A stretch of 63,514 nt of DNA, filler included, from Asterionella formosa (GCA_002256025.1; 22 parts of 22 records of this genome joined end to end with filler, not necessarily neighbours in it); one strand, 5' to 3'. Positions 34,221-48,233 are shown, counted from the whole stretch's first letter. Notes: generated from the sequence alone by a model not told the origin. A program made the numbers and translations.

Positions 34221-35740
34221 TAAGGTACGTTCAACAGCACCCCAATGGGCATCACTGGATTCTCTAAATGTTGAGAAAGTTCACGACATGCATTCGCGCA
34301 TATTGGTCCAACTTTCTTCACAAAATACAACAATTTTCCAACCATCGAACGATATTCTTTATGGAGAGTCACCTTGTCTGGATTCTTTCTGAGAACAATT
34401 CCTGGAAATGCTGGGGTTGATGCATCTCTTGGATACTTTCCAAAAATATCATGATAATCTTGGAGCATAACATGCACAAAACCCCCCTTGCTCGACTCCA
34501 AGTAGCGTCCCACTTTATCTTGGCCCAATCGTACCACACTCCAAAATGCTTCTTCAAAGGGCCAAGCTCCTTAATTGTGAAGTGTTTCTTGATTTCATTT
34601 TTGAACCATTTAATATCATTTGGCTTTCCAGCAATTGCACAATCATCGACATGTGTGGCAATTATTAGGATTAGTGCATTGTTTTCCGTGACAAAGAATA
34701 CACATGGATCGACCTTGCTTTGCCGCAATCCAACTTTGGTTAAGTTTTAAACCATCTTCTTGAAGAATTGTAGCGCTGCTTGAACTGTGCCATACATGGC
34801 CTTCTCCAACTTAATGCATTTGTTTTTCGTTGTTTCTTGTGTTTCGAAACCAAAGTCTAAAACCCCATCTGGCCATTCAATATAGATTTGCTCTTCCATG
34901 TCTCCTTCAAGAAAAGCAGCTTCAACATCAATGATTTCACAAACCCATCGTATTTCTTCAGACTTATCCCATTTGTATAACGAGAGAGCTATTATCATAC
35001 GCATTGAAGCATCTGTTGCAACTGGAGCAAATGAATCAGTGAAATCCAGTCCCGGGATCTGAACGTAGCCTTTCACTACAATACATCCTTTGTATCAAAT
35101 ACTTTTATCCTGCTCGGATTTCTTCTTGAATACCCAGCGTGTGCCTAACGGTTTTCTGCCCTTGAGATTGTCACGACGAACCATTTTCCAAACATTTCGT
35201 TTGTAGAAATTGTTGATCTCATTTTTAATAGCAACGGTCCACTGCTTGCTCTCATCTCCTTTCATAGCCTCCTTGTAATGCTTTGGCTCCCCAGGATCGG
35301 AAGCAAGAGTAGTAGAATACGCATAGAACCTCTCTACTCCTTCTTCACTTTGAAATGGTTTATCATCATCTTGATAGGCCGCTTCAGCATAATCGATTTC
35401 TTCAATTGATCCTTTGTCCTTGTCATATAGTTGTAAGTTGCGCCAAGCACTGGTGCGTTTGCCAGTAACTTGCTTCTTTCCAACCATAAAGGCGTTTCAA
35501 TTCTCGTTCCAATTTTGCTTTCTTCGAAGCATCTTTGTTGATCTCATCATCTAACTTCCCCACTGCTTCGGATAGCTGAAATCTTGTTTGTTTCACAACT
35601 AGAACAGGTGTTTCCAAATCAATATCCTGCTGGATAGGTGGCACAGCAGGAATAACATCTTCATCCTGCTTTTCATCATCAATTGGAATAACAACCATTT
35701 CTGTGTCCCCTTCCACATTGAAATCCCCCCTCAAACCTGC
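34221..35740 (-). mobile_element. Ty1/copia reverse transcriptase region, frameshifted, RNase H absent
   Basis: EPKHYKEAM..W..AI..E, PLGTRWVFKKK, KGYVQIPGLDFTDSFAPV, DVEAAFLEG, KAMYGTVQAA, DPCVF, HVDD, YRSMVGKLLY. Confidence 0.93.
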
Positions 35741-35789
35741 AATTGGACTTCCTTGACTGAGGGCTAAACATTCGGTAAGTGTCTCCAGA

Positions 35790-36980
35790 ATGATCTACTG
35801 ATGATGACGAGAAGAAGAAGTATGAGTTGAATGACAAGGCATATCAGCTATTGATTCTTAGTGTTGGTGGGATTGCATTTGGGATGGTGAATTCTGCCAA
35901 GACAGATGATTTGATGGATGGAGATGCTTTTCTTGCCTGACAGTATTTGGAGGATCGATATGCTCCTCATTAAGTTACTGATTGGATTCAGCTAATAGGT
36001 GAATTCAACGGTTGTAGTTTGGAGAGTACTAAAGCAGACCCAGATATCAAGAACAGAATGCGTCAAATTGATACATCATTTGAAAAGAAAGAGGTTGAAG
36101 TCATTGCGCACATGATGAACAAGTTACCTAAAGAGTACAGTGAAGTCATAACTAATATTGAAGGAATGGGTACTATTACTTAATCAGATTTGAAATCTAA
36201 ACTTCGTGCATTCTACAAAAGGAAGTTCAAGGATTCAAATACCAACGAGATTGCTTTGTCTGCAAATGGTAAATTCAAGGGACTATACAAGAATTGTGGA
36301 AAACAAGGACACAAGGCAGCCGACTGCCGATCTAAGAACAATACAGCAGCCGCAAACAAAGAAACGAAAGGCAAAGGTGTCAAATGTTTCAATTGCAACA
36401 AGTATGCAGGTCACATTGCTAAGGATTTTCCTGAAGAAAAGAAAACAAAGGAAAAGAAAGAAAGGAATGTTTGTTGGTATTGTTGAAACGATCGAAATTC
36501 ATGAAGAAAAGTCTGATACAGATGATGATGTTGAAATAATTGCCTTGATTAAAACCTACAAGAAGTTTTTTGACTATGAATTTGTTGAAGACACTAAGGT
36601 CTACACTACATGCGAAGAAACAGAATATGCATTTATTGGAGTGACTATTGAAATTGTTGATGAAGAGATCAATCAAGCACACCATGCGAGCGTCAAAAGC
36701 AGTGAGAGTAAAATTTGCGCATCAAGCGAGAAAAATGAACGTTGGTTAGCTGATACAGGCGCAACCAGTCATATTACTATGTGCAATAAGTATATGACAA
36801 ATGTGAAAGCAGTAAATGTACGCGTTGTTATAGGCGATGGTAAAGAAGTAATTTGCAAGGAGCGCGGAGATGTCTGCGTGCGAAACAAAGTGACCAATGA
36901 GACACTTTTGCTTAAGAATGTCCTATAAACAACCTACCTTTCATAAAAATATTATCAGCATTGGTACTTTTGTACGTGAT
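35790..36980 (+). mobile_element. Ty1/copia gag, zinc knuckles and protease, decayed
   Basis: gag helices, NCGKQGHKAADC and CFNCNKYAGHIAKD knuckles, protease WLADTGATSHIT and V.IGDG..V. Homologous to 55545-55878. Confidence 0.9.
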
Positions 36981-38659
36981 GATATTTACAAGGGTTGAGA
37001 GGGGGAGGAATAAATTCATTTATTATCGGCGCAAGGTTGTATGGGATTCAGTTGCAGAGCAGATTTGACGTGGTTACAGTGCTCAGACAGCGATTGACAG
37101 AATCTATGAGGTGTATGGTGAAGAACTTTCAGTGACCCAAATAATCAACCAAATAATTATTGATCGACGCACAGATGGAAATCCACAACTACGTATTTAG
37201 TTAACTTCTACCACATTAACTAGCATGCACGTTATTACATTCTCATTGTTTCCATTTAATGTTGTTATACATTTGATTTCATTTACCGATGTGTTAATAT
37301 GTATTGTACACATAGAGTTAATAATCACTGTACACATATGCACATATATATAGCATTGCATGATGAAGTACCAGGGTACCTGGTACTCCTACCTGATAGT
37401 CTTACTGATGATATGCAAACGTTCATGATCAGGTACTGGCTTTGTACACGGTGCTAGTAAACTACTAGTGCACTAGCTTCCCCTACGGGCAGCATTCTCT
37501 GTCGAATAAAAAGTGAATACCTATATAATATGATTGGTGAATGTGAGTTACATTCCTCTGTTTGATTGGCCTGGCTTGCGAGGTTTTGCAAACCCACGCC
37601 GGCCACATTGGATAAACATGTAACATTTTCTTGGGTGTACTGACAGTCCGGTGCTATATTCACGACGGATACCAGTAGATGATCATCATTGGACATACGC
37701 ATACCGCTCCTTGAGTGCACTTTCAAATATTTGCCAAGCCGCCCGGTTGTATACATGACACATATTTGTCAATGGGAGTATAGATTGGTGTAGTACTAGT
37801 ATATGCACATTGAGCGATGTAGAATCTAAATATATATATACCACATGATTTGAATATGTGGAACAGATTCAATGCATAGAGTATAGAAGATCATTAATCG
37901 GAGTATAGAGTGTCCATGCATATATGTTGATCGCATTTTAGGGTATATATACATGCAGCGACAGAGAGTGTTTGTATATTTATTTAGCGATTTCGACAAG
38001 GAATCTATGTACGTATTCGCAAATTTCCACTGATTTAAATATTTCAAATGGAATCACGTCATTCAAAAAAGCTAATTAAATTCTTAATTCCAGGGAGTTT
38101 TGGCAACCCTAAGCAATATTTTATTTTTTGCCTAGGGTTTCAAATGCAGCAACCTCAATCCTGACAACCGTAGGGAAGACAGAACTGGCTGTTAGGAAAA
38201 ATGTGAACCAAAGATTTACGTCCAGAAAGTATCATCATATGTTCCACATTTTTCTGTACCTGGTATGTACGATCATTAATCTACTTCTACCGTTATAAGA
38301 AATGCATGTCAACATTCCATGTGTCATGAATTGCACTCCTGCCCATGGAACACGACAATCCTCGGGTTCCCATGACTTACCACATCAGCACAACAAGTGT
38401 TTCAAATAATATTTGTATAAGAAATGAGAGTACTTGCAAGTTGCAGCCATTTTGCTGAAATGGACAACATGACAAAGGACAGGCACTCAAAATGAATAAA
38501 TAGAGAATGTCATCATCTCTCTCTTTGAGTTGACTGTATCACGACTTGTTAGTGATGTAAATAATTATTTTGTCTAAACACGGAAATGTCAAAACGAGGC
38601 AAATATAAGATAACAGATACAACAATTTTTAGCCTTTTTGATCTTACTTTTAACTTAAG

Positions 38660-39180
38660 CACGAGGTGACAAGAAAAGATACAAAGGTCACCTTGTTTGT
38701 ACAAGAACGTGTTCTAGCCTAACTACGAGGTGACAATAGGTACCAATGTCACCTGCTTGTTTGTACAAGAACGTGTTATTGCGTTCCCTCCATCACCAAT
38801 AGAAACCAATGTCATCTTGCTTTTTTATACAAGAACGTGTTATTGCGTACCCTCCATCACCTTTAGATATAACAAAGTCACTCTCTAACCCTAACCCTAT
38901 CCCTATGATGGACATGATTTAAATTCAAATCAATCGTATACGTAGTACCACTTTACATACAAAATTATCTGGGCAACATACTAGTAAATATGTATCACTA
39001 TGATGCACATGGTTTACATTCAAATCAATTGTATGCCAGCAGTACGTATGTTACATGCAAAATATCTGTGCAACATACCAGTATATAGATATCCCTATGA
39101 TGGGTATGATTTAAATTCAAATCGATCGTATACATACATTTACATAACAAAATATCTGTGCAACATATCGGTACCAGTAC
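38660..39180 (+). repeat. Two adjacent minisatellites (about 62-bp x3 and about 95-bp x3) separated by (TAACCC)2-TATCCC
   Basis: TACAAGAACGTGTT at about 38700, 38764 and 38828. CTATGATG..ATG.TTTA.ATTCAAATC at about 38903, 38998 and 39095. Confidence 0.8.
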
Positions 39181-42100
39181 AGTAGAGGATACAAATACAC
39201 AGTAACAGTACTCACACAAGAGTAGTCTCGTATGTACATATACATATATGAATATCTATTATGTCTACTCAACAATAGATAGGCACAGATATGTACATAT
39301 ACCCATGTAAGACTATCTAAGTGCAACACGAATGATTCAAATTCAGATTGAGCGGTTGCTGATGGTTGCAGCCAGTCATAGTAAACATACAAAAATACAT
39401 GTATTTATATATTTATACTCAGCTACAATATTCTCTATGACGATGAATATTAAACATATTAGATGATAAATCGAATTTATATGATCATATGATCGTCATT
39501 ATAAGATGCATTACATGAATAAGATTTTTCTATTTGCAGATGTTGTGAGGGCAACCTTGCCTCATTTTTGGGCATCCAAATTGACAGGTCATCGCTTTCT
39601 AGTTTTTTCCTCAAATTAACACAACTGGGACTTATCACTTGGATCTTAGAAACTATTGCTGGTCTTGTTCACGGGTCTTCCTCACCTACTCGGTCCCCTA
39701 CACTTTTTGCACAAAGTGTCCGAAAATGGATAATGAGTTAGTCCTGGGAATTCATGATTACTTTTTTTGACTAAATATGTAGCAAATCAATAATAATTTC
39801 TATCAATGATTGAACATTTTTCTAACTAAATTTTAATTTACTCTTTTTGCTTACTAAAATGAAAATCGAAAATATAAACAATTTTTATATTATCATCGAA
39901 ATCATCAGTAAATAGGGGTCGGTTTCATGACATCCTGGTACTTGCTGCATTATAATGTCATACCCAGCTAAATGCTGTTACCTGGTGCAGTAATGCCGGT
40001 ATGCTTAGACAATGCTCATGACATGCATGTTGTGCTTGCGATACTACGGTTTGTGAAGATGGTCTGTACCAGGTACCAGGTACAGCTCTATGGACAGTAC
40101 CGGTAGTTTAGTAGCTAATAGAGTACCAGATAATAATAGTGCTGCCTGGTACCAGTGCCAGTGATATGTTGTGCATCTGAACCTATGCATGGTTTCATAT
40201 GATCCCTATATAGGACTACTGGTACCAGTTCAAATAATACTAATATATATACCAGTATATAATATATATGTTTCTCATAGCTACATACGCAATTTTGATT
40301 TGTACTGCTGTCGTAGGGGGACGATGCATGAGACAGCAACTCCGTCTTGACCATGACGAAATAATTACACTGAATATCTCCACGAAAATTGACAATGACC
40401 TATTGCTATTTCGTAGGTATATCGAGTCTGGCATAGACGAGATAATCGTTCAATAATAAATTTTTCTGCACCAATATCGACAAAGAAAATTAGAAATTAC
40501 CGCTAAAATTTGTTTTCGTGTCGTTTGCTCAGTTTTTAAGATATGAATAACAAAGTAGCAACAGTTTTGAGTCCGCAGTGACTAGCTGACTAACTTAATA
40601 GCTTTTACTAGATAATTATTTCTATCTGTTGTACAAATATATGAGAAAACTTGAGCGACAGTAATTTCGGAGAGAGCACAACATCTCAAAATGCAAGAAA
40701 ATACCACAATACATAATTTTGTACTGTCTATCATGTATGTACTAATTGACGTGGCTCATATATCTATGGGATCTTGAGCAGGTCATTTAGAAGGTGAATA
40801 TAGACATACATATAGACATGTAACAATACACTGCATGTTCTTTCCGCGACTAGAAAATTCTCATTTTGTGTAATGTCTTTCGGACACTATTTTGCAAAAC
40901 TTGTATTTTCTTTCTCACCTACTCCTGCGACATGAGAAGCTTTCGGTACTGAATCTAATGGTCCCCTTGCCCGTGAATCATGGAATTACCGCGCTGTTGT
41001 GGGCATGCTCCTCTATTTATCGACCCTAAATTTGACCAACTATTTCGTTTCGAGTTTGACACCAAAAGTGTACCAATCGAGTGCTATTGAAGAGTTATCA
41101 TATGATATTACTATGCATAAAATCAAGAGAAGGAGGCGACCGGAAAGGCTTTCGGAATTCAGCAGAAAGGAGAACCAAAAGTTTGGCGCCACCACGACGA
41201 AACTAAAATGAGATGCGACGACATGAATCCCACAAGAAGTCGAATAATCCAACAACCAGCCATGTCAATTTGATGAAGAGTCGGTATTTGAATCATCAAT
41301 CAATAGAGTTTAAATAAGGCTTGAGATGCTTGATGATGAGGAGCATTATGAAATGGAATTGCCCTTGACACTGTACAGAAAACCATCATTTCATGCCTTC
41401 ACGTGGTGCATGCTACTCTCTTCCAAGTTTGGAATTCAATTTTCCTTAATTAAACGGCAGTCAGTTGAGGGGCTATAGATATCAGTAATCTAATTCCCTT
41501 AAATAAACCACAGTCGATGTCGGCAATAAATCTAGGGGCTAGTGACAATATTGAAGGCACTTTGGCAATCAAAAAAGGAGCATATGACTATTACATATTT
41601 ATCGTACATTAAGAGTAAGTAACAGCTTGGTTCTACCTTCCTAACAAAGCTAAATATATATAAGGGTATACATACAGACACCCGAATGATCTGGTAAAAT
41701 CAGCTAATACTATAAGATAAAAAAATATCTACATCAGCCATAGTATACAGATATTAATCATTCAGCCACCGGTAAGGATCTTCTGGGTGCGTCAGTAGCA
41801 GGGCAATTTGCAGTAAATTAGTAGAAATTTAAATGGGTTTGCCTGATCACATGCAAACTTGCTTTTGTCCTTCTTACATCACACATCACCTGAATTGTCG
41901 TTGTTGTTGTCCCAGTCAACCTTGTCATCTTGTTTGTATTCTTTGATGTCTCACAACATCATACCGGTTGATTATTGGGTTTAGGTAGCAGCTTGGAGGT
42001 GATGAAATTGTTCCCGTTGTCCCCCATGTGGCAAACAAACTGAGGTAGCCCCTAACAGTAAGTGACAACCAGCAGAACCGATATTGAAGCACATCTTAGT

Positions 42101-43240
42101 CAACTAGAATCTCATTCCAGTTTTCCATTTTCATCCCTACTCTTTCTTGCGGAAACAGCTATAACGATAATGCAAGGAATGGTTTGATTTGCAAGAAAAC
42201 CCAAGTAACGAAAGTCCAAGAAACATCCTTCAAGGCTGACATCGGCAATCAAACAAGGAACCAGTTGGCGAAGATTTCAAGTTACGCTACAATCAACTGA
42301 GCAGCAGGGACAGGGGAATCAACAGACAGGTAGTTCAATGGACAGCTGTAGTAATGGAGGTGTGTGATTCACAGATGGATTGTTGGGAGATCAATTTTTG
42401 GAAATGCCATTGCAATCAAATTGCCTAGCAAATGGCCTACATATCCATCAGATCACCAAAGTGCTTCAAAACACATAATAGTATCTAAGCATTAATTCCT
42501 ATAGTTTATTATCATGATACCTGTTCATTAGTTCACCAACACAATCAAAAACACCACCATTGTTGATCACTGGTTGATTTAACATTGCTAGTGGTTTCTC
42601 ATGCTACATTGTGCTCAAGGGGTATCTCAATGACCGATTTCTCCAAAATAAGCAAGGAGTAAAATAAACTATTATAGGCATTTGTTGTGAGGCTCAACTA
42701 GAATTTTGGTGAAACTTGAAGAAGTTTTACTTATAAGAATAACAGGCAAAAAACCCCTGGAAAATACAAATGTTTGACTTTGGCAATGGTTGCATGCTAT
42801 AGTCAGAACCGTCATTACCCCAACTTCCAAGGCACAGTTTGTTGTAACTTTTTTATCAATGAGGTAAATGAAATGGCTGTGTATGAAGGGAGCACCAGGA
42901 GGTACCTGATACCAGTTAGTATTTGCCAGTTAATGATGAGTGTTTCGTCTGCAAATAGAATGACCAGGCAGACGCCAGCAAGAATGCATCATAATATTTT
43001 TTATGTACCGTGACACAGTCTCTCAACCGTGCGGTTGTGTAGCACCAAGATATTTTGGTAGACTCTACTGCGATGATATTGCGCAAAATCCACATGCGAC
43101 AGGCCAAACCAAATAGTAAAATTTGAAGCCGCAGTACATACAAGCCATAGGCGAATCAAGGTCCCACCACCCGTATGTTAAATGCGAATTGATCATTGAA
43201 ACACGCCTCTTCTTTGCATTAGCCAACCAACATATCAACC

Positions 43241-45887
43241 ATGGAATCTGAGACATCGCCTTCTGACACGGGGAGCGAGTCGAAGCTAATGAGCGTTAGT
43301 TCAGAAGAGCTGAACTTGCTTGTTTATCGGTATCTGACTGAGGGAGGTGAGACGTATAAAACCCTACCAGGGCTACGCAGCGGCGCAGTTTGCTGCGTTG
43401 TCTGTTTTGTCTACACAATGGTGATTTTGCTGTTCCGCACCTTGGCTGCCTTGTTGAACCGCATTTTAACCTATTGACTCACCAGTTTTGCGCTCGTGCT
43501 CATCATATCGTGGTATTTATTGATTTGAAAACCTTTAGGCTTTGTTCATGCAGCTTTTACATTTGCTCACGAAAGTCTACTGGGAAGAAGTAGTACGAGA
43601 AGTGCAGAAAAGGACATACCACCCGGTGCTTTAATAAGCTTTTTGCAAAAAGGGTTGCAATATGTGGCCATCGAGGAGAGCTTACGGGCGGATGCCGGAA
43701 AGAAAAGAAAAACAAAGGATTCTACGAATGGGGACTCGTTAGATTTTACGCTACTTTCACCAGCAACAATCCAGGCTCTCACACGTGAAAATCCTCCAAT
43801 ACAGTTGAGTGTACCCCCAGCTACAGCTGCGGCTGCCGTGAAGGCTCGTTTAGAAGCAGAAGCAAGAATGCATGCCGACGCGAAGGCAGCGGCTGTTTCT
43901 GACCAGTCCCTACCAGAACCAGTGACAGTCGCTGCCACGACGGAGTTACCATCGCAACAAACGCTAGAAACTCAAAATATGCTCGCCTTATTTAATAAGC
44001 AGGCGTTGGAAGCCCAGAAAACGCCAGTGCAATCTGCTGCCGCAACTATGCTAAGTCAGCTTCATCTTCAGTCAGGACTTGTTGAAGCGGAACAATCCTT
44101 TGTCCAACGTGCCGTAGAGGTCTCTCATCTTGCCGCCTTACAGCAGCAGCAACAACAAAAACATCAGGAATATATCCTTCAAAACAATGAAACTAGGCAA
44201 GGAGAAACCAGTCTTCAACAAGCCGCTGTTGCTTTAGCCATGGGCGTTGGCAAGGGAAAAACTGGGAGAAGAAAGGGGAAATTGCATCAAGGAAACGGTT
44301 CTGGGGGATCGAGCACGGGGTCTTCAGCTGTCGCATTACATTTGCAACATCATGTACAGCAGCACCCTCAAACATCTGCTTTTGCATCTCTAGAGGAGGC
44401 GGTAGCTAGACTTGAGGCGAAGCGAGCCGAAGAAGCACCGCTTTCAGCTAACTCTGAAGTCACCGCTATGGACGTTGAAAGCGATCAACATTCTTTGGAT
44501 ACACCCATCCATATTGGAGCAGGAGTGACACAATCAAGTAATCATGAAGTCATGAATGGACAATCAGACCTTAATGGAGCTTTGGCATTGGATCATGTAA
44601 TGTCGACGAGCAGGAGTAGTCTTTCCCAGGCTCTCGTTCATGTCAAAGTCGAGGAAGTTTTATCTCACCAAGAGGAAGATGATGCGGCTATTGAACACGA
44701 GGACGAAATTACTCGAGTCCTCAGCTCTGAAGTTCTGGTACTGAACAAGCATACATCCGAAGTGTTTATGTGCGCGTGGAATCCAGTGTACACTGATCTC
44801 ATCGCAACTGGTAGTGGTGATGCGTCGGCGAGAATATGGCAAATGGGTGGGCCAGATGCATCATCAGGATGTGGGCCAGTTCGCTTACTACCACACGGCG
44901 TCGACCCCAATGATCGCAAGAACAAAGATGTGACTACCTTGGAATGGTCTTCCGATGGCAATCTCTTGGCAACGGGGAGTTATGATGGCGTAGCCCGGGT
45001 TTGGAGTCGAAACGGTGCACTAGTTCACACCCTTGCACGCCATAGGGGTCCAATATTCTCCTTGAAGTGGAATCGCAGTGGAAACTATCTTTTGTCTGGA
45101 AGTTATGACCAAACCACTATAGTCTGGGATGTTTCGGGACCTAATGGCAAAGTTGTTCAGCAGTTCAATGACCACGCTGCACCGGCGCTGGATGTTGATT
45201 GGAAGGACGACACTACTTTTGCATCATGCTCGACGGATAAAAGAGTCCTTATATGCAGGGTTGGTGTTGAAATGCCTCTCAAAGTTTACACTGGACACAT
45301 GGATGAAGTCAATGCAGTCAAATGGGACCCTTCTGGGAATCTGCTCGCAAGTTGTTCAGACGACTACACTGCAAAAGTTTGGAACGTGACATCTGATCAA
45401 ACTGAGCCTATGTACGACTTCAAGAGTCACAAGGCAGAAATTTACACTGTGAAATGGTAGGATAAATCTTCGGGATGCTTCATGATTTTTTTCCATTATT
45501 ATCTCTCACACTGTTATTTTCCAAAATAGGAGCCCTACAGGACCTGGCTCGATACATCCACACAAGAAGAAAATGTTGGCGACGGCGTCATTCGATGGGT
45601 CAGTCCGATTGTGGAGTATTGACGACGGTAGCTGTTTGCGGGTATTTTCTCGTCATCAAGATTCTGTTTACTCAGTAGCGTTCTCGCCATCCGGAGATTT
45701 TTTAGCCAGTGGATCTCTCGCTGGTCAACTCTATATTTGGAATGTTCTTGAGGGAAAGCACGTAAAAAGTTTCAGGGGGAAGGGAGATATCTTCGAGGTC
45801 GCTTGGAATGTGGAAGAGACACGGGTGGCTGCCTGCTTTTCATCGAATGTTGTCCATGTCATTGACTTCAAACGGCCTCCGGCTTAG
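43241..45887 (+). CDS. TBL1: TBL1/TBL1XR1 (Ebi/Sif2/HOS15)-like LisH plus WD40 corepressor subunit, 3 exons (43241-43346, 43539-45456, 45530-45887)
   Basis: LisH SSEELNLLVYRYL.EG/GFVHAAFTF, PPGALISFLQKGLQY, and WD repeats HTSEVFMCAWNP, KDVTTLEW, HRGPIFSLKW, EIYTVKW/SPTGPG. Both introns are GT-AG and keep frame. Confidence 0.95.
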
Positions 45888-46105
45888 CAGTACAAGCTCA
45901 CAAATTACGCCGAAGGACTAACTGATGCAATTGTAATTAAGGTTAAGCTACGTGACGTTTACGTGTGCTTGATCAGATTTTATCACTTAGACGCTGATGT
46001 GATGGTCACCCTTGCTGTACAATTTTTCTTAAATACAATGAATGGCTTTGCCAACTCATGGAAAATGGCAACATCCTTTCAGAGTGTCTATACATTAGAC
46101 GTCTT

Positions 46106-46891
46106 TCAATCCGAAAATGGAATACCTGCTTGATTTAATCGTTCCTCGTAAGTCTTTTGCACCTTTTCCACCACAACCTCAGGTGACGATGTAGCAGCCG
46201 CTGACCCTTCTGCAGCTTCTTCTTCGGCGTAAACAGCGGTTACTTCAGGAATGTAATGCATCAACATATTTTCAACACCATTTTTGAGAGTCACTGCGGA
46301 CGACGGGCAACCGACGCAGGATCCTGCCAACTTGACTGTCACGATTCCTGTTTCCGCAACAAACCCTACATAACGAATATCTCCTCCATCCTCTTGCACA
46401 GCAGGTCGGATACGAGTCTCAAGAAGTTCTTTGATCATTGCAACGACTTCGTCATCGTCTTCCAAAATTGTGGTATCGGTAATTTCCGGCGTAGTAGTGA
46501 CAGCAGCCTTCCCTGATGCATAATGATCCATAATAGTCCCAAACACCAAGCCTTGTACAATCATCCACTTGTATTCGGCAAATTTGGTTACAGTGACAAA
46601 GTTCCCACCAAAATAAACTGACTTAACTGCATCAATCTTGAACAATTCCTTGGCAAGAGGAGATCTGGAAATCTCTGGAGCATCATCACGAGTGGCGTAG
46701 AAGCCCGTCAAATCATCAGCCTCTGTAGTCAGAACAGGTCTTCCAGGGAGAAATTTCATTGACTCAGGATTAGGTGTCTCCTCCGTTTGAATGAACATCG
46801 AGCGAAGTTGACTACCAGTAAGATTAAACATTGACGATCGAGGAAGATGGGAGCGGGTTTGCGCCAGACGCGATCTAATTGCGATGAACAT
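46106..46891 (-). CDS. NFU1: Mitochondrial NFU1 Fe-S cluster carrier, 261 aa
   Basis: Arg/Ser-rich presequence, [19 protein letters not shown] (Nfu_N) and [31 protein letters not shown] (NifU-C, CxxC). Confidence 0.96.
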   Translation of the reverse strand: MFIAIRSRLAQTRSHLPRSSMFNLTGSQLRSMFIQTEETPNPESMKFLPGRPVLTTEADDLTGFYATRDDAPEISRSPLAKELFKIDAVKSVYFGGNFVTVTKFAEYKWMIVQGLVFGTIMDHYASGKAAVTTTPEITDTTILEDDDEVVAMIKELLETRIRPAVQEDGGDIRYVGFVAETGIVTVKLAGSCVGCPSSAVTLKNGVENMLMHYIPEVTAVYAEEEAAEGSAAATSSPEVVVEKVQKTYEERLNQAGIPFSD

Positions 46892-47264
46892 GGCGCTGTT
46901 GTGTCGTTATCAACGATGGAAATTGCTCGTAGGGAAAGTGACAATTTGCTTGATCAGTGGACTTGCAAAGTTGTTAACAACATGGTGCTCATCTGCTGAT
47001 GCGGGCTTGGATTCATAACTCTGTGACAGCTGCAGCATCCCTGGTATGTAGTAAAACGAACGAATTCTTATGCACCACGTACACCGCGAGTACCCTGGTT
47101 GGTACCAGGTACCCTGACACCCTGATACGGTACCTGGTACCTTCTAAAGCAAAACATAGATCATGGCTGATCATTACCAAGCAGCTCGTTTTCGACTATG
47201 CTACCTGAACCGGTAGACTGGCGTTATCCTTGGTATCTCGTACTCATTCTACAGCTGCTGAAGG

Positions 47265-47405
47265 CAATACACGCCCGAGGTGGTCTCTTGCCTGCGAGTA
47301 TACATGTGTTCCAGGCTGGGTGGCGAGAGTAGGGTGACCTTCTCGCAGCGCCCAGCCGAGTACACATGTATACGAGAAGGCAAGTAGCCGCCGAGAAGGG
47401 TATTG
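47265..47405. other. About 140-nt GC-rich imperfect hairpin
   Basis: Paired blocks CAATAC/GTATTG, GGTGGT/GCCGCC, CTTGCCT/AGGCAAG, GTATACATGTGT/ACACATGTATAC, GGCTGGGTG/CGCCCAGCC, GCGAGA/TCTCGC. Confidence 0.75.
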
Positions 47406-47610
47406 TTGAGAAAATTCCCGCTCGAGCTATCGTAGCGTCATTCGTTTACCACCTGCCCACAAAAAAGCACACTGTAAATGTCAATTTTAGCTTACTATTG
47501 CCCATCATATAAAATATATTTAATATATTTCCTATATTCAGCTCGAAAATTGCAAAAGGTCCGATATTGCCCATCATTAAAATATATTTTGAGTATTTCA
47601 TATGCTCGCA

Positions 47611-48233
47611 TGTTGGCAAGACAACAGACGCCAATTGCCCCTCAGTTTTCCAGCTCTGGGATTGCCGAAATCAGCAAGGGGTATACTTTGTCAAGAATAT
47701 TAGCCCGAGTCACAAGGATTGTGGACTCGATAGTAATCGAACGAGTCGAATATTGCATTGCCACGTCAATCAGCTGTCTAACGAGATCAGAGATTGAAGA
47801 TTTCTTTGGAAATGTTAAGTGGAAACTCGAAGAGAGTCTTAGAATGACTTTGCAGGAAGCAAAGATGCATGGAAAGGAAACATTTAGTTTAGCTTATAAT
47901 TTAATTTGAGTTTTAGATTATCAACCGAGGAAACAGTGTGTTAATTGACAGGAAGGTCAATAAGTCTATCTAGCAGGAAGGCTAGAAGCAGAGACAAGAG
48001 AGAAAGTAAGTGGTACTAGGTAGTACTACGATCACGTAAGAGTCTACGTGAAGAGAGACCCAACCCGTGGGAAGGAGTGCGGACTATTTCAACACGCTTT
48101 AAAGCGGATAGGTTTGAAAGGGTACTCAAGATGGGAATTGACGACGAATCGTCAGGAGTGCGGTTGCCAACATTTGATGGTACCGATGCCAAGTGGCATG
48201 TTTGGAAAGCGAAGTTTGTGGCCTATGCCTGCT
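47611..48233 (+). mobile_element. Copia 5' region: probable LTR/leader and start of gag
   Basis: MGIDDESSGVRLPTFDGTDAKWHVWKAKFVAYA from 48131, same family pattern as 28003-28420. LTR start at TGTTGG 47611 is a guess. Confidence 0.65.

Larger units (their letters stand above)
32275..38155. repeat. 44-bp inverted repeat pair (32275-32318, 38112-38155), TIR-like
   Basis: AGGTTCCTGCATTTGAACCCCTAGGCAAAAATTAAAATATTGCT matches its reverse-complement partner at 41 of 44 positions. Confidence 0.8.

Noticed and set aside
39200..43200. Short ORFs upstream of TBL1
   Set aside because: AT-rich with no recognisable motifs; probably intergenic or old TE debris.
47265..47405. SRP RNA
   Set aside because: No recognisable helix-8 GNRA/SRP54 motif or Alu domain.
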